A stretch of DNA of 32,000 nucleotides from Streptosporangium sp. NPDC002524 (lineage in GTDB: Bacteria > Actinomycetota > Actinomycetes > Streptosporangiales > Streptosporangiaceae): positions 61,755 to 93,754 of the forward strand of contig NZ_JBEOWK010000009.1 of NCBI RefSeq assembly GCF_040295985.1. Direction: 5' to 3'. Below the pieces are notes generated by a model. It had not been told where the DNA came from. It saw only the letters and a program-made list of their open reading frames with translations, and ran no database searches. A program made the translations under genes and the position numbers. Positions 1-7,706 of the stretch are shown piece after piece; position 1 is the stretch's first letter, and every line of letters begins with the position of its first letter.

Positions 1-302
1 TGCCGCCCGCCCAGCAGGAGGAGATGTTCACCACCGTCTCGACGGAGGGCTCGGGCTGGGTCCCGGACACCGAATACGGCCTCGGCGTCTATTCGCAGAG
101 GCTCCCGTGCGGGGTCACGCTCTGGGGCGGCGGCGGCTTCATCCACGGTTCGATGTCGTACGCGATGGGCGACCGTCAGGGCACCCGCGTGCTGGTGAGC
201 AATCTGAACGGCGACTGGAACGACTTCCTGGAGACGTTCGCCACGCTCTTCGAGACGCGCTTCCGCCCGGCCGCCTCGTCACCGGACGGCACGGACGTAT
301 GA
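1..302 (+). CDS. serine hydrolase / beta-lactamase-family (DD-peptidase-like) protein, C-terminal fragment; the 5' end lies upstream of the window
   Basis: Frame 3 is open from nt 3 to the TGA at 300-302 with high GC3. The translation (..EYGLGVY..LWGGGGFIHGSMSYAMGDRQGTRVLVSNLNG..) resembles the C-terminal YGLGW and WGHGG-x-G region of the class C beta-lactamase / R61 DD-peptidase fold. The ATG at 24 is probably internal. Confidence 0.5.
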   Translation, partial: PPAQQEEMFTTVSTEGSGWVPDTEYGLGVYSQRLPCGVTLWGGGGFIHGSMSYAMGDRQGTRVLVSNLNGDWNDFLETFATLFETRFRPAASSPDGTDV

Positions 303-359
303 CCGAAGGCCCGGCACCCCGCCGAGCATGTGATGTCCGGTTTGTCGAAATTAGTGGAA

Positions 360-399
360 CCCGGTTAGGCTAACTTTTCCTTAGGAAAGGCTAACCTAC
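360..399. promoter_or_regulatory. two adjacent IdeR/DmdR (DtxR-family) iron boxes
   Basis: 381-399 TTAGGAAAGGCTAACCTAC matches the 19-bp actinobacterial iron-box consensus TTAGGTTAGGCTAACCTAA at 16/19 positions. 360-378 CCCGGTTAGGCTAACTTTT matches the central 12 positions exactly (13/19 overall). The site is a locally AT-rich island just upstream of the next ORF. Confidence 0.65.
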
Positions 400-454
400 T
401 TCAGGCGAGCTCTCCGTCCCCGCCTCGCTCAAGAGCCGCCCGAAAGAGTGTTCC

Positions 455-691
455 ATGCCCCCCGCGCAGTCCCTCGCCCGCCGTACGGGCCGGCTCCGGG
501 TCTGCCTGGCCCTGGTGGCCACCGCGCGTGTGCTGAGTCTCGCCGTGAGCACCCGGAACATCGGCCCGCACACCGTCTGGGACGCGCTCTTCCGCTTCAC
601 CGGCACCGACGAGCAGGCGAGCGTCCGCGACCTGCGCGTCTCCCGCACCGTCCTCTCTTCTCCCCGGCACGACTACCGGTGGGAGTGGTGA
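455..691 (+). pseudogene. remnant (about the first 65 codons) of a FecCD-family iron-siderophore ABC permease
   Basis: The 78-aa ORF has high GC3. Its sequence ..LAVSTRNIGPHTVWDALFRFTGTDEQASVRDLRVSRTVL matches the conserved N-terminal region of FepD/FecC-type permeases (VW..L....G......R.PRT.L). It then diverges (SSPRHDYRWEW) and stops. A full permease is about 330-350 aa. Confidence 0.55.
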
Positions 692-850
692 CCGTGAGCC
701 TGGGCGGGGCCTGTTTCGCGTGGCCGCCGGCCAGACAGGCACCCGCATGACAGGGGCGGGCGTGATGGAGACGGGCGTGACGGAGACGGGCGGACGGGGA
801 CGGGCATGACAGGAGCGGGCATGACCGAGGCACGTACGGCCGGGACGAGC

Positions 851-2536
851 ATGACCGGGACGAACGTCCTGCGCAGGACCTTGAGGCGCAACGCCCCGCG
901 CCTGGGCGCGGGAACCCTGCTGCTCAGCCTGCACCAGGTGTGCGAGGCGAGCGTGCCGATCCTCATCGGGGTGATCGTCGACCGCGCGATCGGCCCGGGT
1001 GACGGCGGGTCGCTGCTGTGGTGGCTCGCCGCGCTGGCCGCGCTGTTCACCGCGCTGAGCCTGGCCTACCGGTACGGCGCGCGGACCCTCATGCGCGCCA
1101 TCGCCCACGAGGCCCACCTGCTGCGCCTGGAACTCGCCGCGAAGATCCTCGATCCGCGCGGCCTGGACACCGGCCTGCGCGCGGGCGAGCTGCTCACGAT
1201 CTCCTCCAACGACGCGGACAACACCTCCGAGCTCCTGGACTACCTGCCGCGCGCGGTCGGGGCGCTGGTCGCGGCGGCGATGTGCGCCGTGACGCTGCTG
1301 CTCATCGACCTGCCGCTCGGCGTGGCCGTCCTGGTGGCCACGCCGTTGACGCTGCTCGCGCTGCACGTCGGCACGCCGTACATCATCCGGCACGTCGCCG
1401 CCCAGCAGGAGCTGGCCGGTCAGGCCGCGTCGCTCGCGACCGACCTGGTCAGCGGCGTGCGGCCGCTGCGGGGTATCGGCGCCGAGACGGCGGCCTCCCG
1501 GCGGTACGAGCGGGTGAGCCGGCTCTCGCTGGCGGCCGCGCTGCGGGCCGCCCGTACCCAGGGGATCTACGCGGCCGTCTCCGGCGCGGGCGGCGCGCTG
1601 CTGGCCTGCGGGGTCGCGGTGCTCGCCGGGTGGTTCGCGTTGCGCGGCCAGATCTCCGCCGGCGAGTTCATCACGGTGATCGGGCTGGCGCAGTTCCTGA
1701 TGGAGCCCGTGGGCACGCTGACGCTGGTGCCCGGCTGGGTGGCCGAGGCGCGCGCCTCGGCCGACCGGGTGGCGCGCGTGGCCGGGGCGCCGCCGCTGCT
1801 CCCCGGCGACCCGCGGACCCGTGACAGCGACGCGGCGGGTCCGGCGGACGGGGGTCTCCCCGGACTGGAGGTCTCCGGGCTGAGCTACGACGCGCTCGCG
1901 GGGGTGGACCTGACGGCCGGGCCCGGCGAGTTCGTCGGGGTGATGGCCCACCGCCCCGCCGACGCCGACGCGCTGGTACGGGTGCTGTCCGGGCGGGTGG
2001 ACCCCGCCGAGTACGGCGGAAGTGTGCGGATCGACGGCAGGATCCTCGTCGAACCCCACCGTACCGACCTGTTCGAGGGCACCCTCGCCACGAACCTGAC
2101 CGTGGGAGGCGAGCCGGGGAGTCCCGAGGAGCTCGCGGCGGTCCTGGCCGCCTCGGCGGCCGACGACGTGGTCGCCGCCCATCCCGACGGCCTGGAACAT
2201 CAGGTGGTGGAGCGGGGCGCGAGCCTGTCGGGCGGCCAGCGCCAGCGGGTGGCCCTGGCCAGGGCGCTGCTGGCCCGCCCGCCGATCCTGGTGCTGCACG
2301 ACCCGACCACGGCCGTGGACGCGGTCACCGAACAGGGCATCGCCCGGGGCCTGCGCTCCCTGCGCCACGCCGGGGACGGCGCCACCTTCACCACCGTGGT
2401 GGTGACCAGCAGCCCCGCCCTGCTCGCCGCCGCCGACCGGGTGTTCGTGCTGGACGACGGCAAGGTGGTCGCCGAGGGATCACACGCCGAACTGGGTGCC
2501 ACCGACGACGACTACAGGCGGGCGGTCCAGCGATGA
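851..2536 (+). CDS. ABC transporter, fused permease + ATPase (exporter fold), with a degenerate nucleotide-binding domain
   Basis: The ORF 806..2536 has an N-terminal six-helix ABC exporter-type membrane domain. The C-terminal NBD has an intact signature LSGGQRQR. Walker A is lost (GEFVGVMAHRPADADAL in place of GxxGxGKS/T). Walker B plus the catalytic Glu read LVLHDP instead of LLDE. The H-loop His is replaced (VVTSSP). The start is uncertain: ATG at 851 (MTGTNVLRR..) is preferred, with 806 and 821 also possible. The stop overlaps the next gene's start as ATGA at 2533-2536. Confidence 0.85.
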   Translation: MTGTNVLRRTLRRNAPRLGAGTLLLSLHQVCEASVPILIGVIVDRAIGPGDGGSLLWWLAALAALFTALSLAYRYGARTLMRAIAHEAHLLRLELAAKILDPRGLDTGLRAGELLTISSNDADNTSELLDYLPRAVGALVAAAMCAVTLLLIDLPLGVAVLVATPLTLLALHVGTPYIIRHVAAQQELAGQAASLATDLVSGVRPLRGIGAETAASRRYERVSRLSLAAALRAARTQGIYAAVSGAGGALLACGVAVLAGWFALRGQISAGEFITVIGLAQFLMEPVGTLTLVPGWVAEARASADRVARVAGAPPLLPGDPRTRDSDAAGPADGGLPGLEVSGLSYDALAGVDLTAGPGEFVGVMAHRPADADALVRVLSGRVDPAEYGGSVRIDGRILVEPHRTDLFEGTLATNLTVGGEPGSPEELAAVLAASAADDVVAAHPDGLEHQVVERGASLSGGQRQRVALARALLARPPILVLHDPTTAVDAVTEQGIARGLRSLRHAGDGATFTTVVVTSSPALLAAADRVFVLDDGKVVAEGSHAELGATDDDYRRAVQR

Positions 2537-4290
2537 GCGCATCGGGAGAGCGGGACCTGCTGCCGGTCGCGAGCGGCGCGGAGACCTGGCGCTGGCTGCG
2601 CGCCCAGCTGCGCGAGCGCCGCGGCACGGTGGCCGTGACGCTGCTCGTGGGCGTGCTCGGCGCGACGGCGTCGGTCGTCCCCGCGTACGTGATGGGCATC
2701 CTCGTCGACCGGGTGCGCGAGCAGTCGGGCACCTCGGTGATCGTCGCGGTCGCCGTGGTCATCACGTTGTCGGCCCTCGCGGGCGGCGCGGCCACCGGGG
2801 TGACGTCCTACCTCGTGGCCAGGCTGGGCGGCCAGGTCCTCGCCGCCCTGCGCGAGCGCACGGTCGCCCGCGCCCTCACGCTCCCGCTCACCCGGCTGGA
2901 GCGCGCGGGCAAGGGCGACCTGCTGTCGCGCGTCAGCGCGGACGCCGCCGAGGTCACCAAGGCCGTCTCCGGCGTCATCCCCGGTGTGATCGCCTCGGTC
3001 CTGCTCGGCACGCTGAGCCTGGCCGCGATGGTCGGCCTCGACTGGCGGCTCGGCCTGGCCGGTGCCGTCTCGGTGCCGCTGTACGCGCTGGCGCTGCGCT
3101 GGTACCTCCCCCGGGCCGCCCCGTACTACGCCAGGCAGCGCGTCGCGGTCGCGCGCTCGTCGCAGCGGCTGGTGGAGAGCATGCAGGGCGTGCGGACGGT
3201 GCACGCCTACCGCGTGGAAGAGGGGCACCTGCGCGCCATCGACACCGCCTCGCGCGACTCGCGGGAGGTGTCGGTGGGGGTGCTGGACCTGTTCACCCGT
3301 TTCGTGGGACGGGTCAACAGGGCCGAGTTCTTCGGCCTGACCACCATCCTGGTCGCCGGTTTCCTGCTGGTCCGCGCGGACGCCGTCACCGTCGGTGAGG
3401 CCGCCGCCGCGGCCGTGCTGTTCCACCGGCTGTTCAACCCGATCGGCATGTTGCTGTTCGTCTTCGACGAGGTGCAGGCGGCCGGGGCGAGCCTGGCCAG
3501 GCTGGTCGGCGTCGCCCACCTGGAGTCCGACCCCGAGCCCGAGGGGGGAACGGCTCCGGCCGACGGCTCGCTCGACCTGGTCGACGTGCGGTTCGGCTAC
3601 GACACCTCCGCCGAGGTCCTGCACGGCGTCACCCTGCGCGTACCGGCCGGGGCCCGGGTGGCGCTGGTCGGCTCGACGGGCGCGGGCAAGTCGACCCTCG
3701 CCGCCGTCGCGGCCGGGTCGCTGCGCCCGACCGGCGGCAGCGTGCTGATCGGCGGGGTGCCGCCCTCCTCGCTGGACACGGCGAGGCTGCGCGGGCACGT
3801 GGCGATCATCACGCAGGAGACCCACGTCTTCGCCGGGCCTCTCGTCGAGGACCTGCGGCTGGCCCGCCCCGACGCGACGGCCGGGCAGGTCACCTCGGCG
3901 CTGGAGACGGTCGGGGCGCTGCCGTGGGTGCTGGCGCTGCCCGAGGGCCTCGACACCGTGGTCGGGGAGGGCGGTCACGAGCTCTCGCCCGCCCAGGCGC
4001 AACAGCTCGCCCTGGCCCGCCTGGTACTGGCCGACCCGGCCGTCGCCGTGCTGGACGAGGCCACCGCGGAGGCGGGCAGCATGGGCGCCCGCGTGCTGGA
4101 GGAGTCGGCCGCCGCGGCCACCCGCGGCAGGACCACCCTGGTCGTGGCGCACCGGCTGACCCAGGCCGTCACCGCCGACCGGGTCGTCGTCCTGGAGGAC
4201 GGGCGGATCGTCGAGGAGGGGCCCCACGAACGGCTGGTCGCCGCCGGAGGCCGCTACGCCCGTCTGTGGGAGGCCTGGGAGTCGCGCTGA
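2533..4290 (+). CDS. ABC transporter, fused permease + ATPase (exporter fold), with a catalytically competent NBD and a degenerate signature motif
   Basis: 585 aa. The membrane domain is followed by an NBD with canonical Walker A (GSTGAGKST), Q-loop (ITQE), Walker B (VAVLDEAT) and H-loop (VVAHRL). The signature is LSPAQAQQ instead of LSGGQ. The gene is ATGA-coupled to the upstream partner. Confidence 0.9.
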   Translation: MSASGERDLLPVASGAETWRWLRAQLRERRGTVAVTLLVGVLGATASVVPAYVMGILVDRVREQSGTSVIVAVAVVITLSALAGGAATGVTSYLVARLGGQVLAALRERTVARALTLPLTRLERAGKGDLLSRVSADAAEVTKAVSGVIPGVIASVLLGTLSLAAMVGLDWRLGLAGAVSVPLYALALRWYLPRAAPYYARQRVAVARSSQRLVESMQGVRTVHAYRVEEGHLRAIDTASRDSREVSVGVLDLFTRFVGRVNRAEFFGLTTILVAGFLLVRADAVTVGEAAAAAVLFHRLFNPIGMLLFVFDEVQAAGASLARLVGVAHLESDPEPEGGTAPADGSLDLVDVRFGYDTSAEVLHGVTLRVPAGARVALVGSTGAGKSTLAAVAAGSLRPTGGSVLIGGVPPSSLDTARLRGHVAIITQETHVFAGPLVEDLRLARPDATAGQVTSALETVGALPWVLALPEGLDTVVGEGGHELSPAQAQQLALARLVLADPAVAVLDEATAEAGSMGARVLEESAAAATRGRTTLVVAHRLTQAVTADRVVVLEDGRIVEEGPHERLVAAGGRYARLWEAWESR

Positions 4291-4292
4291 TC

Positions 4293-4440
4293 CCCGGGAA
4301 CCGGGCCGGACCGGGAGCCGGGCCGGACCTGAAGCCGGGCCGGACCTGAAGCCGGATCGGGCCGGGAATCGTGCCGGGCCCGGAAGGCGTGCCGGGTCCG
4401 GAAGCCGCGCTGAGCCCGGAAGCGGTTCCGGGGCCGCGAA
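4293..4440. repeat. low-complexity CCGGGCCGGA-type repeat tract, including an exact 17-bp tandem duplication
   Basis: GCCGGGCCGGACCTGAA occurs at 4317-4333 and again at 4334-4350. Degenerate ccgggccgga/ccggaag units surround it. The tract begins immediately after the ABC stop codon. Confidence 0.6.
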
Positions 4441-4571
4441 CCGCGCCGGACTCGGGAGGCGTGATCGGGAGACGGTCCGGGCCCGGGAAGCGTACTCGGA
4501 AGGCGTCCTTACGACAGGTCGCCGACCGCGGTGGCCGGGGAGCCCGGGGCGCCCGGGGCACGGGCCGGGTC

Positions 4572-5234
4572 ATGGGCCGGGTCATGGGCCGCGATACCGT
4601 TCCATCCGTGATTCAGAACGACGGAACCGAAGGAACCGAACAGGCCTCGACGATCGAGCCGTTCCCCCTGGACCGGCCGGGAGACTCCGCTCGCGTGATC
4701 CTGCGTCCGATCGCCGGCCACGACCGGGACGAGTTCCTCGGACTGACCCGTGCCAGCGTCGATTTGCACCATCCGTGGATGTCCATGCCCACCACGGCCG
4801 ACGAATTCCAGACCCTCCTCACCCGCTACGACCAGTCGGACGAGGAGTGCCTGCTGGTCTGCCTGCGCGACACCGGGGCCATCGCCGGCACGGTTTACAT
4901 CAACAGCATCATCCGCGGGCGCCTCCAGGGCGGATCCATCGCCTACGCGGCCTTCGCCCCCACCGCCGGCCGGGGCTACATGTCCGAAGGTCTCCGGCTG
5001 CTGCTGCGACACGCCTTCGAGGAACTGCGGCTCCACCGCCTGGAAGCCCAGGTCCAGCCCGGCAACACGGCGTCCCTCAAGCTGCTCCGGCGACACGGCT
5101 TCAGGCAGGAGGGCTACTCCCCCGATCTCCTGTTCATCGACGGCGCCTGGCGAGACCACGAACGGTGGGCCATCACCGCCCCGATGGCCGGGACCCGGCC
5201 GACCCCTCCGCACCACACCCAGCCCGCCCACTGA
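4572..5234 (+). CDS. GNAT family N-acetyltransferase (RimJ/RimL-like)
   Basis: The homology region is ..ILRPIAGHDRDEFLGL..HPWM..AGTVYINSIIRG..GSIAYAAF..GRGYMSEGLRLLLRHAFEELRLHRLEAQVQPGNTASLKLLRRHGFRQEGYSPDLLFIDGAWRDHERWAI. The ORF opens at 4371, but the first about 67 codons lie in the repeat tract, so ATG 4572 or 4584 is the likely start. Confidence 0.8.
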   Translation: MGRVMGRDTVPSVIQNDGTEGTEQASTIEPFPLDRPGDSARVILRPIAGHDRDEFLGLTRASVDLHHPWMSMPTTADEFQTLLTRYDQSDEECLLVCLRDTGAIAGTVYINSIIRGRLQGGSIAYAAFAPTAGRGYMSEGLRLLLRHAFEELRLHRLEAQVQPGNTASLKLLRRHGFRQEGYSPDLLFIDGAWRDHERWAITAPMAGTRPTPPHHTQPAH

Positions 5235-5469
5235 CCCGCCACCCCCTCCCGCTCACCCGGCCCACCCGGCCCACCCGTCACCGCCCCTTGGCTCCGGTAC
5301 GCCCCCCCCGAACCTCTCCCCCCGCCACCCGGGACCCGGCCCTCCGAACCGTCACTCCCTCCGGCACCCCGGCACGGTCCGCCGGACCTCTCCCCCGCCT
5401 CCGGCACGGCCCGCGAGCCCGGTGACGGCGGTCATCACCGCGCCCCGGCGCGGTGGACGCCACCCCGCG

Positions 5470-5497
5470 TTGCATGACCATGCGGCGTAATGCATAA
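5470..5497 (+). promoter_or_regulatory. candidate ArgR operator (ARG-box-like) / argG promoter region
   Basis: TTGCATGACCATGCGGCGTAATGCATAA lies 10-37 nt upstream of the argG ATG in a locally AT-rich stretch. It contains the TGCAT/ATGCA half-site motifs typical of actinomycete ARG boxes. This is a motif-level resemblance only. Confidence 0.3.
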
Positions 5498-6955
<1,458 letters not shown>

Positions 6956-6974
6956 CCGGCCCTCCCCGCCGGGA

Positions 6975-7063
6975 GCCTCCGCCTCCGGGCACCCGCCACG
7001 GACGAGCTCGTTCCCGGCGAACGCGGCGGGGGTGGCCTCCGCCCCCGGGCGCCCGCCACGGAC
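6975..7063. repeat. 29-bp direct repeat, two copies 60 bp apart
   Basis: GCCTCCGCCTCCGGGCACCCGCCACGGAC (6975-7003) and GCCTCCGCCCCCGGGCGCCCGCCACGGAC (7035-7063) differ at 2 of 29 positions. The pair starts 20 nt after the argG stop. Confidence 0.7.
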
Positions 7064-7096
7064 CGGCACCGGCCGGACCGGGCCACCGGCGGATGA

Positions 7097-7135
7097 TCGA
7101 CGGCCCCGCTCGGCACCACCGAGCGGGGCCGTCGA
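7097..7135 (+). terminator. perfect 17-bp-stem hairpin (factor-independent terminator candidate for argG)
   Basis: TCGACGGCCCCGCTCGG (7097-7113), loop CACCA, then CCGAGCGGGGCCGTCGA (7119-7135). There is no U-tract, which is common in actinomycetes. Confidence 0.5.
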
Positions 7136-7521
7136 CGAACGGCCGACATCCGGCCCGCACCCCCACGACCGGCCTCCGGCGGGCCGATGAGAATCCCCAT
7201 CGGCCCGCGCGGTGGGCCGGGCCGCCGTCACCGGCGAGCGGCACACCGGCCAGGGTCGCGACGCTGAAACTTTCAGCCCCTCCAGGCCCTCCCGACGGAC
7301 CGCTGAGACGATGCCCCGGGCAGCACCGGGCCCCGGGAAGACGCAGGTCGCGTACGACCGGCCGCCGGTCGGGAACGGCCGGGAAGGCCCCGCGGGACAT
7401 CGATCCCGCGCGGCAGGGCCTCGCGGGGATCCCACCCGCCGCTTGACGGCCCCGGCGACGCTGTCGAAACTTGGCACACCTCCGCCTTCACGACTGTGAG
7501 GCCCCGGACACGCGACGGAAA

Positions 7522-7535
7522 TGTTAACGCTAACA
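7522..7535. promoter_or_regulatory. LacI/GalR-type operator candidate
   Basis: TGTTAACGCTAACA is a 14-bp palindrome with a central CG (12 of its 14 positions are self-complementary). It lies in an AT-rich island 170 nt upstream of the rhamnogalacturonan lyase start. Confidence 0.4.
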
Positions 7536-7560
7536 ACACTCGTAACACGTCCGTGGAGCC

Positions 7561-7695
7561 ATCGCCCACAGAGCAACCGTCCGCAGAGTAACCGTCCATA
7601 GGGCAACCGTCCGCAGAAGCCGTCGTCCGCAGAGCAACCGCCTGTAGAGCCGTCGTCCGTAACGAATCGTCCCCGGCGAGTCGTCCGCAACGAGA
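7561..7695. repeat. about 9 tandem copies of a degenerate 15-bp unit (consensus CGCAGAGCAACCGTC)
   Basis: Units read cacagagcaaccgtc / cgcagagtaaccgtc / catagggcaaccgtc / cgcagaagccgtcgtc / cgcagagcaaccgcc / tgtagagccgtcgtc / cgtaacgaatcgtcc and continue. The array ends 12 nt before the GTG start at 7707. The plus-strand reading contains a stop, so it is not coding in the sense direction. Confidence 0.7.
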
Positions 7696-7706
7696 GGCAC
7701 CCCCCT

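Noticed and set aside
806-850. ATG 806 as the start of the first ABC gene.
   Set aside because: The first 15 codons (MTGAGMTEARTAGTS) lie in the repetitive gacgggc/atgac tract, and family similarity begins at about MTGTNVLRRTLRR. The start remains genuinely ambiguous, so 851 is given with the alternatives noted.
401-2368. 655-aa minus-strand ORF opposite the first ABC gene. The same applies to 2512..4227(-), 13623..15209(-), 27127..29445(-), 29199..30491(-) and 30913..31917(-).
   Set aside because: These are Arg/Gly/Pro/His-rich, low-complexity translations with no family signatures. They lie antisense to genes with strong homology. They are typical shadow ORFs, created because stop codons are rare in high-GC DNA.
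4371-4571. N-terminal extension of the GNAT ORF, and similarly 16042..16278 for the second GNAT and 19871..20071 for the SDR.
   Set aside because: The extensions fall in repeat or intergenic sequence and show no homology. Internal starts with RBS motifs coincide with the beginning of family similarity.
7263-7277. Rex (redox repressor) operator at the palindrome GCTGAAACTTTCAGC.
   Set aside because: The Rex consensus TTGTGAA-N4-TTCACAA has a 4-nt spacer and different flanks. Here the TGAA/TTCA half-sites are separated by 3 nt and the outer positions do not match.
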